Origin: Chloroflexota bacterium
GTDB taxonomy: Bacteria; Chloroflexota; Limnocylindria; Limnocylindrales; CSP1-4
Direction: 5' to 3'
Length of the DNA: 32,985 bases
Assembly: GCA_030446555.1 (NCBI GenBank)
Contig: JAUJNA010000010.1
Location: 16,395 to 49,379, forward strand
Part shown: positions 8,643 to 16,919 of the stretch, piece by piece
Position numbering within the stretch: position 1 is the stretch's first letter
Layout: the number at the start of each line of letters is the position of its first letter
Notes under the pieces: generated by a model
The model's input: the letters and a program-made list of their open reading frames with translations, nothing else
Database searches by the model: none
What the model was told of the DNA's origin: nothing
Translations under genes and position numbers: made by a program

Positions 8643-10207
8643 TGGCGCGCCCCGCGTTCACCCTGGACGACCTGCTCGACATCCCCGTGGAGCGGGAGCC
8701 CGACGCGGTCGCCATCGTCGATGGCGCCTCGGAGTACACCTACGGGGACCTGGCGCGCCAGAGTGACGCGCTCTGCACGGCGCTCATCGATGCCGGCGTG
8801 CAACGGGGCGATCGGGTGGGGGTCTTCATGGAGAAGTCCTGGGAGGCCGTGGTCGCGATGCTGGCCATCTCCCGGGCCGGGGCCGCCTTCGTCAACGTCA
8901 ACCCCGCGCTGAAGCCGGCACAGGTGAGCTACATCACGGGCGACTGCGCCATACGGGTCCTGGTGGGAGACTCGGCGAAGCTGGAGGCCCTGCCACCAGC
9001 CACGGTGCGAACGGCGTTCTTCAAGGGCCACCGACCCGCGTCGCCCGCGGATGCGACGGACCTCGGCGAGGTGCTGTCGGGCGAGGGCCGCGCGTTCGCG
9101 AACGGCCAGCGTTCGATCGAGACGGACCTGGGGACGATCCTCTACACCTCCGGCTCCACTGGGCTGCCCAAGGGCGTCGCCTTCAGTCACCGCAACATCG
9201 TCGTGGGTGCCGAGATCGTCTCCCATTACCTGCAGAACTCGAGCGCCGACCGGATCCTCTCCGTGCTGCCGTTCAGCTTCGACTACGGGCTCAACCAACT
9301 CACGACGTCGATGCTGGTGGGAGCACGGCTGATCATCCAGCACTCGCGACTCCCGGGCGACCTCCTGCGTGGACTGCGCCGCTATAGCGCGACGGGACTC
9401 GCAGGCGTGCCGCCGGTCTGGTCGCTCCTGCTGCGCAACGCGGCATCGCTGGAGGAAGAGCCGCTCGAGGAGCTCCGCTATATCACCAACTCGGGAGGCC
9501 GCATCCCGGAGGCGAACCTGGCCGCGCTCAGGCGCCTCCTGCCGCGCACCAGGATCTACCTGATGTACGGCCTCACCGAAGCCTTCCGCTCCACGTACCT
9601 GCCGCCCGAGGAGATCGATCGCGGGAGCGAGTGCATCGGCAAGCCGGTGCCCGACACCGAGATCCTCGTCATCAGGGACGGGCGTGAGTGCCCGCCCGGC
9701 GAGGTGGGTGAGCTGGTCCACCGAGGTCCGACCGTGGCGCTGGGTTACTGGGGCAAGGAGGAGGCGACCCGCCAGGCGTACCGACCCCATCCGCTGGCTC
9801 CCCCCGAGCTCTTCGATGTCGAGCGAGTGGTCTACTCCGGCGACCTGGTCCGGCGCGACGAGGAGGGCTACCTCTACTTCGTGGGCCGCGACGACGCGAT
9901 GATCAAGTCGGGGGGTTATCGGATGAGCCCGGAGGAGATCGAGGACCTGTTGCACCACTCCGGTCTCGTCCGCGAGGCGTGTGCGTTCGGTGTGCCGGAC
10001 CCGGAGCTGGGACATCGGGTCATGGCGGTCGTGTCGCTGAGGGACGGGGATACGGCGAACGCGGTCGACTCCCTTCGTCAGTACGCCATGCAGAACGGCC
10101 CGTCCTACATGGTGCCGGCCCGCATCCTCGTCCTCGATGAGCTGCCCAAGACCGGGTCCGGCAAGATCGACCGTTCAGGGATCAGCGATGCCTACGCAGA
10201 CGGCTAA
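8642..10207 (+). CDS. AMP-forming adenylation enzyme (ANL superfamily), resembling the exosortase A-associated acyl-CoA ligase family
   Basis: Motifs ILYTSGSTGLPKGV (P-loop), LPFSFDYGLNQL, MYGLTEAFRSTYLPP, YSGDLV, YFVGRDDAMIKSGGYR and LPKTGSGKIDR (A10 Lys). Overlaps the carrier-protein stop by 1 nt. Confidence 0.9.
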   Translation: MARPAFTLDDLLDIPVEREPDAVAIVDGASEYTYGDLARQSDALCTALIDAGVQRGDRVGVFMEKSWEAVVAMLAISRAGAAFVNVNPALKPAQVSYITGDCAIRVLVGDSAKLEALPPATVRTAFFKGHRPASPADATDLGEVLSGEGRAFANGQRSIETDLGTILYTSGSTGLPKGVAFSHRNIVVGAEIVSHYLQNSSADRILSVLPFSFDYGLNQLTTSMLVGARLIIQHSRLPGDLLRGLRRYSATGLAGVPPVWSLLLRNAASLEEEPLEELRYITNSGGRIPEANLAALRRLLPRTRIYLMYGLTEAFRSTYLPPEEIDRGSECIGKPVPDTEILVIRDGRECPPGEVGELVHRGPTVALGYWGKEEATRQAYRPHPLAPPELFDVERVVYSGDLVRRDEEGYLYFVGRDDAMIKSGGYRMSPEEIEDLLHHSGLVREACAFGVPDPELGHRVMAVVSLRDGDTANAVDSLRQYAMQNGPSYMVPARILVLDELPKTGSGKIDRSGISDAYADG

Positions 10208-11549
10208 GGCGCGCGCCCTGGTCGCGCGCTTCGGCGGTGAGCGCGACGGAGCGTTCTCTCCCGGAGGCGTGTCCATCTCCCGGTTGGCCGAGCGCTACGG
10301 CACGCCCTTCTACCTCTACCACGGCGAGATGATCTCCCAGCGGGTGCGGCGGGTCCGCGAGGCGCTCGGGACGGAGGTCTCCTACTCGGTCAAGGCGAAC
10401 CCCAGCCTGGGTGTCTGCCAGCTCATCGCCCGTGAGCGCGAGGCCGGCGCGGAGGTCGCGTCGGGCGGCGAGCTGGCCGTGGCGCAGGCGGCCGGCTTCG
10501 CGTCGGATGAGATCGTCTTCGCGGGGCCGGGCAAGACGGACGACGAGCTGCGCCGGATCGTGGACGCGGGGATCTACGCGGACAACGTCGAATCGGTGAA
10601 CGAGATCGACCGTCTGGCCGGGGCGGCCGGACGAGCCGGCAAGCGCATCGGCGTCGGCCTCCGGATCAATCCCACGACCCAGCTGATGGGCTCCCAGATG
10701 CGCATGGGCGGAGCCGCGACCCAGTTCGGCATCGACCAGGCCGAGCTGCAGGGGGCGGTCGAGCGGACCCTCTCCCATCCCGAGCTGATCCTCCGCGGCA
10801 TCCACGTGTACACCGCGACGCAGGTCTTCGACGTGGCGGCGCTCCTGGACCACTGCCGCAACATCCTGGAGCTGGGCCTCCAGGCCGCCGACCTGGCTGG
10901 CCGGCCGCTCGACATGATCGACTTCGGTGGGGGATTCGGGATCCCCTACTTCGAGAACATGGTCGACTTCGACCTGGATGGCTTCGGCGAAGGCTTCCGC
11001 GACCTGCTGGCCCGCTATCGCCCAGACCCTCGGCTGGCCGGCTGTCGCTTCCTCTTCGAGCTGGGCAGGTACCTGGTCGCGGACGCCGGCATCTACGTGA
11101 TGCGCGTGGTGGACGTCAAACCCATCCGCGGCAAGACGTTCGTCGTGACCGACGGAGGCATGAACCATCACCTCACCGCGACCGGGAACATGGGACAGGT
11201 CTTCCGCAAGGCGTACCCGCTGCTCAACCTCTCCCGGACCGACGCGAGCCCCGACGTGAACGTCGCCGTGGTCGGTCCACTCTGCACGCCGCTCGACCAG
11301 TTCGGCGCGGACATCGCGCTGACGGGGCCACGGGTGGGAGATCTGATCGGCGTCTTCTACAGCGGCGCCTACGGCTTCAGCGCCAGCAACCTGGGCTTCC
11401 TCAGCCACCCCACCCCGGCGGAGGTCCTGCTCTGGGGCGGCGAGGAGCACCTGCTGCGCGCGGCGGCCGAGCCGGAGGACGTCCTCACCGACCAGCGCGC
11501 CCTGCCCCTGGCCAGCGAGCCGGACCCGGTGCCTCTGGCGCGATCGTGA
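10188..11549 (+). CDS. Fold-type III PLP-dependent decarboxylase (LysA/BtrK-like, exosortase A-associated type)
   Basis: ATG 10188 overlaps the ligase end. Motifs YGTPFYLY, YSVKANP (PLP Lys), EVASGGE, FAGPGKT, GLRINP, DFGGGFG, ELGRYLV, DGGMNH, GPLCTPLD and GAYGFSAS. Confidence 0.9.
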   Translation: MPTQTAKARALVARFGGERDGAFSPGGVSISRLAERYGTPFYLYHGEMISQRVRRVREALGTEVSYSVKANPSLGVCQLIAREREAGAEVASGGELAVAQAAGFASDEIVFAGPGKTDDELRRIVDAGIYADNVESVNEIDRLAGAAGRAGKRIGVGLRINPTTQLMGSQMRMGGAATQFGIDQAELQGAVERTLSHPELILRGIHVYTATQVFDVAALLDHCRNILELGLQAADLAGRPLDMIDFGGGFGIPYFENMVDFDLDGFGEGFRDLLARYRPDPRLAGCRFLFELGRYLVADAGIYVMRVVDVKPIRGKTFVVTDGGMNHHLTATGNMGQVFRKAYPLLNLSRTDASPDVNVAVVGPLCTPLDQFGADIALTGPRVGDLIGVFYSGAYGFSASNLGFLSHPTPAEVLLWGGEEHLLRAAAEPEDVLTDQRALPLASEPDPVPLARS

Positions 11550-12613
11550 CCTCCCGGACGCCTGGCGCACTGAGCCGGGACCAGGCGGCGTGGGACGAGT
11601 TCGTGGAACGGACACCCAACGGCAGCTTCATGCAGCTCTCGGCGTGGGCGGAGGCGAGTGCGGCGAAAGGCTGGCGAGCCGAGCGTGTCACCCTCGATGG
11701 CCACTCGGGCACGGTGGGCGCGCAGTTGCTCGTTCACCGCATGCGGCCCGGGCCGTGGTCACGCGCCTATGCCCCGCGGGCACCGGTGGCCGATCGGCTC
11801 GACCGCCAGAGCGTGGCGGCCTTCACCGGCGCACTCCGCAGCGCCGCTCGATCGACGCGCCTCAGCCACGTCGTGGTCGATCCCGAGATCGAGCGTGGTC
11901 AGGCCATCGAGACGTGGCTCGCGGACGCCGGGTGGCAGCCGGTCCCGCCACGACAGATCAACCGGACGCGGGTCATCGACCTGCGCCTCCCGGAGGCCCG
12001 ACTGTGGGCCGAGATGCGGCCGACCTGCCGGGCCTCGGTGCAGAAGGCGCGCCGGAGCGGTCACGCCGTCACGGAGGACGACGGGGGCAGCCTGGGCGAC
12101 TTCGAGCGCCTCTATCTCGAGACGGCCCAGCGCGCCGGTTTCCCACCTGTGCCGCTCGAACCGGTCTACACCGCGTTCGCCGCGCGGGGCGCCGCGCGTC
12201 TCGTCTTCTGCCGCGACGCCGCGGGGCAGATCGTGTCCGGACTGATGCTGCTCCTCTGCGGCGACCGCGTCACCGAGCTCTACGGTGGGTCGACCGCGGC
12301 CGGCTCCAAGGCGCGCGCGAACTACCTCGTGAAGTGGGAGTCGATCCGGACGTCGCGCGATCGGGGCATGGCGAGCTACGACATGTGGGGCACGATCCTG
12401 CCCACCGTGGCCACCTTCAAGGCCGGCTTCGGCGGCGCGGAGCGGGAGTACGTGGGCGCCTGGGAGCTGATCACCCACCGACCGGCCCACCTCGCCTTCC
12501 AGGGCGCTCGGTGGGCTCGTGCCGCTCTGTCGCGGCGGCGGGGAGGGCCGGCCGACAGCGCGGGGAGGGACGAGGCTCAGCGATCGGCCGCAGGGCCAGC
12601 CTCGCCGGCATAG
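11546..12613 (+). CDS. FemABX-family transferase, paralogue 2
   Basis: 355 aa. Motifs WDEFV...FMQLSAWA, YAPRAP, VVDPE, LYGGS, NYLVKWE, YDMWG, FKAGFGG. GTGA overlap with the decarboxylase. Confidence 0.88.
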   Translation: MTSRTPGALSRDQAAWDEFVERTPNGSFMQLSAWAEASAAKGWRAERVTLDGHSGTVGAQLLVHRMRPGPWSRAYAPRAPVADRLDRQSVAAFTGALRSAARSTRLSHVVVDPEIERGQAIETWLADAGWQPVPPRQINRTRVIDLRLPEARLWAEMRPTCRASVQKARRSGHAVTEDDGGSLGDFERLYLETAQRAGFPPVPLEPVYTAFAARGAARLVFCRDAAGQIVSGLMLLLCGDRVTELYGGSTAAGSKARANYLVKWESIRTSRDRGMASYDMWGTILPTVATFKAGFGGAEREYVGAWELITHRPAHLAFQGARWARAALSRRRGGPADSAGRDEAQRSAAGPASPA

Positions 12614-14175
12614 CCCAGCCCCTCGAGCGCCCGCCGAGCGGCGGCCACCTCGTCCCAGGCGAGCGAGCCGCCGCCCATCTCGATGGTGCGTTCGTGCCCC
12701 TTCCCGGCAAGGAGCACGACATCACCCGGGCGTGCCAGGTCCAGGGCTCGCTCGATGGCGACGGCACGGTCCGGGATGAGCAGCAGGTCGTGGTCGCGCC
12801 GCCTGCCGGCGCCCTCGGCGCCGACCGCGATCTGGTCCAGGATCGCCTCGGGATCCTCGGACCGCGGGTCCTCATCGGTCAGCACCACCAGGCGGCATCG
12901 CTCGCCGGCGATCCGGCCCATCATCGGGCGCTTCAGCACGTCGCGATCGCCGGCCGATCCGAAGACGGCGATGAGCCCGCCGCCACCGGCCGCTGCCAGC
13001 GGCGCGAGACCGTCGAGCACCTTTGCGAGGGCTCCCGGCGTGTGGGCATAGTCGACGATGACCCGGAAGGGTTGGCCCTGATCCACCCGCTCCATCCGAC
13101 CGGGCACCGCCTCGACCTCGCGGAGGGCGGCGCGCATGCGCTCGGGGTCCAGGTCCAGTGCCTCGCCCACGCCGATCGCCGCGAGCGCGTTCTCGACGTT
13201 GAAGCGACCCGCCAGCCGGAGCGTGACCCGGTCGCTCCAGCGCGGTGTCTCGACGGCGATCGACAGGCGCGCTGGGCCCTCGTGGACCGCCCTGGCGCGG
13301 ATCTCGGTCATGCCGTCCGGGTCGGTCCCGTAGGTCAGGATCTCCGCCCCCGATGCCTTGGCCGTGGCCACGAACTCGTCCGCCCATCGGTCGTCGCGGT
13401 TCACGACGGCGGTCTTGCCCCAGCCCTTCTCCGGGTTGGCGTCGCTGACGGCCAGGAGCTGGAAGAGGCGTCGCTTGGCCGCTCGGTAGGCCTCGTGGGT
13501 GCGATGGAACTCGAGATGCTCGTGACCGATGTTGGTCAACACCGCCACGTCGTACGCGACCTCCACGGCGCGGTCCTGGGCCAGCCCATGCGAGGTCGAT
13601 TCGAGGACGGCGAACCGGTCGCCGGCGTCGAGCATCGCCGCCAGATGGCCCTGGAGCTCGGGCGCCTCGGGGGTCGTGGCACGGCCCGTATCAGTCAGGC
13701 TCCGGCCGCCCGCCACGACCTCGATGGTGCCCACGAGACCACTCGGCAGGTCGCACGCGTCGAGCATCCGGCGCACCAGGTGGGCCGTCGTCGTCTTGCC
13801 GTCCGTGCCGGTGATGCCCACCACGCCCAACCGATGGCTCGGGAAGTCGTTGACCCAGGCGGCCGCCGTGGCGAGTGCCGGCCGCGACGCTGAGACGAGG
13901 AGTTGGGGTACCGGCACGTTCGGCACCGCTCGCTCGCCGATGATGGCCGGGGCGCCGGCCGCGACCGCCGCAGGGGCGTGGAGGTGACCGTCGGAGTGCT
14001 GCCCGACCACGGCCACGAAGAGCGTGCCGGGTCGCACGCGGCGCGAGTCGTGGGCCACCGCAGCGATCGGGACGACGGCCGGTGGCGTAGACCCGGCGGG
14101 CAGCACCGAGCGCAGGAGCGAGCGCGACTCGAGCAGCGCGATGAGCGAGCCGAGGCCGTGAGCCGGCTGGTTCAC
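12577..14175 (-). CDS. murE: UDP-MurNAc-L-Ala-D-Glu--diamino acid ligase
   Basis: GTG 14175 overlaps the upstream fem stop. Motifs DSRRVRPGTLFVA, GITGTDGKTTT, TTPEAPELQ, ESTSHGL, HEHLEFH, GRFNVENA, VPGRME, VDYAHTP, LTDEDPR and LAGKGHE. Confidence 0.95.
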   Translation of the reverse strand: MNQPAHGLGSLIALLESRSLLRSVLPAGSTPPAVVPIAAVAHDSRRVRPGTLFVAVVGQHSDGHLHAPAAVAAGAPAIIGERAVPNVPVPQLLVSASRPALATAAAWVNDFPSHRLGVVGITGTDGKTTTAHLVRRMLDACDLPSGLVGTIEVVAGGRSLTDTGRATTPEAPELQGHLAAMLDAGDRFAVLESTSHGLAQDRAVEVAYDVAVLTNIGHEHLEFHRTHEAYRAAKRRLFQLLAVSDANPEKGWGKTAVVNRDDRWADEFVATAKASGAEILTYGTDPDGMTEIRARAVHEGPARLSIAVETPRWSDRVTLRLAGRFNVENALAAIGVGEALDLDPERMRAALREVEAVPGRMERVDQGQPFRVIVDYAHTPGALAKVLDGLAPLAAAGGGGLIAVFGSAGDRDVLKRPMMGRIAGERCRLVVLTDEDPRSEDPEAILDQIAVGAEGAGRRRDHDLLLIPDRAVAIERALDLARPGDVVLLAGKGHERTIEMGGGSLAWDEVAAARRALEGLGYAGEAGPAADR

Positions 14176-15293
14176 GCAGCGCCAGCGTCGGCGCCGAGTG
14201 CCGGGGTCGTGGCATCCGTCGCCTGCGGGCGCAGGCCGTGGCGGCGGCGCGCCACCCACACGTATCCGCGCCGGGCTCGCACCAGGGCCTCGCGGAGGAA
14301 CGGCAGCGTGACCAGGTCCCAGGTCCCGCAGTACACCGCTTCCCGCCCACCGAATCCCGCCTTGAAGTAGCTGATGCCCGGATTGGCCAGCCCCCACATG
14401 TCGTAGACCGATCCGCCCGCCTCCTTGGCGCGGCGGATCGTCTCCCACTCCAGCAGGTAGTTGGCGCGCGACTCGGCGCCCGCGGCCGTCATGCCGCTGT
14501 AGGGCTGGGTGACGCGGCCGCCGCAGCTGAGCAGGAGCTTGGCTGCGGCTGGGCGACCATCGGGTGTGCACGCGAAGAGGAAGCGTGCTCCGCCGCTCGA
14601 GGCGAACGAGCGGTGGATGGCGGCGTAGGCCTCGCGCGATCGGTGGATGAAACCGCTTCGCTCGGCCGTCTCGACCATGATGGCGTAGAAGGCGTCCAGG
14701 TCCGAGGCATCCCCCTCCGCGACCGTGCAGCCATCGCGCTTGGCTCGGTTGACGTAGCGGCGGGTCGTGGCGCGCAGTGCACCCCACAGGTCCTCCTCGG
14801 GGCGTCCCAGGTCGATCAGCCGGGTGCGGTCATGCTGGACGGGATCGGCGGGCCGCCACCCGGTCGCTGCGAAGAGGTCACGCGGCGACTCGCCCTCGAG
14901 TGCCGGGTCGAGGGTCACATGCGTCAGGTACGCGGCGCGCGCCGCTCGACGAAGAGCCGAGCTGAAAGCCGTCAGGCTGGGCTCGTCGAACCGGTGAGCG
15001 ATCGGTCCGCGTGCCGCATAGCCGATGCCGAACGGGCCCGGACCCAGGCGGCGCACGAGCACCTGCGCACCGATGGGCCCGGAACCCCCGTCAGCCACGA
15101 CGCGCAGCGCGCGCCAGCCGTTGGGCGCCTTGGCGCGCGCCCAAGCCGTGAGCTGGAGGTGTGTCGGGGTCGTCGAGGAGGCCACGAATGCGTCCCACGC
15201 GGCGTCGTCTCGCCGAAGCGCGGAGACCTCGCCATGCGGAGCCGCGACGGTCGGAGGGTCGGGCCGCCGCGTGCGCAGGGCGATGTCCACCAT
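14172..15293 (-). CDS. FemABX-family transferase, paralogue 3
   Basis: 373 aa from ATG 15293, just after the murJ stop; this is the C-terminal part of the 14172..16340 ORF. Motifs WDAFV...HLQLTAWA, YAARGP, TLDP, NYLLEWE, YDMWG, FKAGFGG. Confidence 0.88.
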   Translation of the reverse strand: MVDIALRTRRPDPPTVAAPHGEVSALRRDDAAWDAFVASSTTPTHLQLTAWARAKAPNGWRALRVVADGGSGPIGAQVLVRRLGPGPFGIGYAARGPIAHRFDEPSLTAFSSALRRAARAAYLTHVTLDPALEGESPRDLFAATGWRPADPVQHDRTRLIDLGRPEEDLWGALRATTRRYVNRAKRDGCTVAEGDASDLDAFYAIMVETAERSGFIHRSREAYAAIHRSFASSGGARFLFACTPDGRPAAAKLLLSCGGRVTQPYSGMTAAGAESRANYLLEWETIRRAKEAGGSVYDMWGLANPGISYFKAGFGGREAVYCGTWDLVTLPFLREALVRARRGYVWVARRRHGLRPQATDATTPALGADAGAA

Positions 15294-15298
15294 GGCGA

Positions 15299-16867
15299 TC
15301 AGCCTTCTGTCCGCCTCCCGATGGAGTCGCGGATCAATCCGATGGCGCGCGGGAGCTCGGGGAGGCGCACGAGCCGAGTGTATAGCAGGAAGACGGCCGC
15401 GCCGGCCGCCGTCGCGAGGAGCACCTGGAGGAGGACACCGGGCTTGCCGGAGAGGCCGAGCAGCCCGTCGCTGCCATGGAGCACACCGTACGCGGCGAGG
15501 CCGGCCACGGCCGCACCGACAGCGACCAGCGGCAGGATGCGGACGAACGAGCCGATGGCGAGCGACGGGACGCGCCGGCCGAGGAGCACGGTCAGGAAGA
15601 TGGCCTCGACCCAGTCGCCCACGGCCACCCCGATGGCCAGTCCGATGAGGCCCAGCTGACCGACGGTGGCCACGGATATGACCACGTTGACCGTCACCGA
15701 GACGAAGACGCCGAGCACCGGCGTGACCGTGTCCTGGCCGCTGTAGAAGGCGCGCGCCAGGATGACCGCCAGTGACGATCCAGCAAGGCCGATGAGCAGC
15801 ACCGCCAGGGTCTGGGCCGTCAGGTCGAGGGCGGGGACGTCGAAGGCCCCGTAGCCGAACAGCAGCTCCACCACCTGGCGGCTGATGACGATGCCGACGG
15901 CCGTGAAGAAGGACATCACGACGACGAGCATCCGGATGGCGCCCACGAGCAGCGAGCCGAAGCCACGAAGGTCCCCGGCCGCCACGGCTCGGGACAGCGA
16001 TGGCAGCAGCAGGACCCCGAGCGGCATGCCGATGACCCCGACCGGGATGAGGAAGATGGTGAAGGCGACGCTGTAGACGCTGACGGCTCCCGCAGCGACC
16101 GTCGTCGCCAGCGTGGTATTGACGATGAAGGTGATCTGGTTGGCACCCAGCCCGATGGAGCGCGGCAGCATGAGGCGGAGCACCTGTCGCGCGGCGGCGT
16201 CGCGCGCATCCAGCACCAGCTGGTAGCGCATGCGGTGGCGGACCGCCGGCAGCTGCACCGCGACGTGCAGGAAGGAACCCAGGACGACACCGACGGCCAG
16301 CGACTCGATGCCCAGGAAGGGCGAGAGCACCAGCGCGCAACCGATGATGGCCAGGTTGTAGAGCAGCGGGGCCATGGCGGCTGCCCCGAACCGCCCCTCC
16401 GCGTTGAGCACGGCCGACGCGACCGCCCCTGCCGCGAGGAGGATCGGCGAGATGAGCATGATGCGCGTCAGCCGGACCGTCAGGTCGGTGGACGGGAGGT
16501 CGAAGCCCGGCACCAGGAAGGGCACGATCTGAGGGGCGAAGAAGGCCATCACCAGCGCGAAGCCGATGAGCACCATGAGCATGGCGTTGATGACGGTCGA
16601 GACGACCCGGAACGCGCGCGCCGACTCCTCCCGGTGGAGCAGGCCGGCCAGCACCGGGATCAGTGCCGAGCTGACCGCGCCGGCGGCCACGAGCTGGTAG
16701 ATCAGGTCAGGGATGCGGAACGCCGCGAAGTAGGCATCGAGCTCTGCCTGTGCCCCGAACAGGTTGCCGATGACGACGAGGCGGAGCCAGCCCAGGACCC
16801 GCGAACCGAGATAGGCGGCGACCACGACCGCGCCCGCCCGCGCAAGGGTGCGACCGGACTGGCTCAC
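15299..16867 (-). CDS. murJ: Lipid II flippase MurJ (MviN)
   Basis: 522 aa, polytopic. Motifs SRVLGWLR, DAYFAAFRIPD, GAVSSALIPV, APLLYNL, PVGVIG and RAFYSGQDTVTP. Confidence 0.95.
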   Translation of the reverse strand: MSQSGRTLARAGAVVVAAYLGSRVLGWLRLVVIGNLFGAQAELDAYFAAFRIPDLIYQLVAAGAVSSALIPVLAGLLHREESARAFRVVSTVINAMLMVLIGFALVMAFFAPQIVPFLVPGFDLPSTDLTVRLTRIMLISPILLAAGAVASAVLNAEGRFGAAAMAPLLYNLAIIGCALVLSPFLGIESLAVGVVLGSFLHVAVQLPAVRHRMRYQLVLDARDAAARQVLRLMLPRSIGLGANQITFIVNTTLATTVAAGAVSVYSVAFTIFLIPVGVIGMPLGVLLLPSLSRAVAAGDLRGFGSLLVGAIRMLVVVMSFFTAVGIVISRQVVELLFGYGAFDVPALDLTAQTLAVLLIGLAGSSLAVILARAFYSGQDTVTPVLGVFVSVTVNVVISVATVGQLGLIGLAIGVAVGDWVEAIFLTVLLGRRVPSLAIGSFVRILPLVAVGAAVAGLAAYGVLHGSDGLLGLSGKPGVLLQVLLATAAGAAVFLLYTRLVRLPELPRAIGLIRDSIGRRTEG

Positions 16868-16919
16868 GGGCGGGCTGGCCGAGGCTCGATCCCCGGGCGT
16901 GCCGAGGCCGCCATGGCCA

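Noticed and set aside
8391-10207. Calling the carrier and ligase a dlt operon or NRPS
   Set aside because: No DltB/DltD (MBOAT), condensation or thioesterase domains are in the window.
10188-11549. Calling the decarboxylase the housekeeping lysA
   Set aside because: It has HVY, ELGRY and CTPLD in place of typical LysA HIGSQ, EPGR and CESGD, and it is coupled to a carrier protein and ligase.
14172-16340. Apparent 722-aa Fem fusion, and N-terminally extended MurE (to 14787), Rel (to 6070), HisS (to 3331) and TrpB2 (to 32070)
   Set aside because: The extensions overlap neighbouring genes or the T-box and are low-complexity. Family homology and start signals begin at the downstream codons used above.
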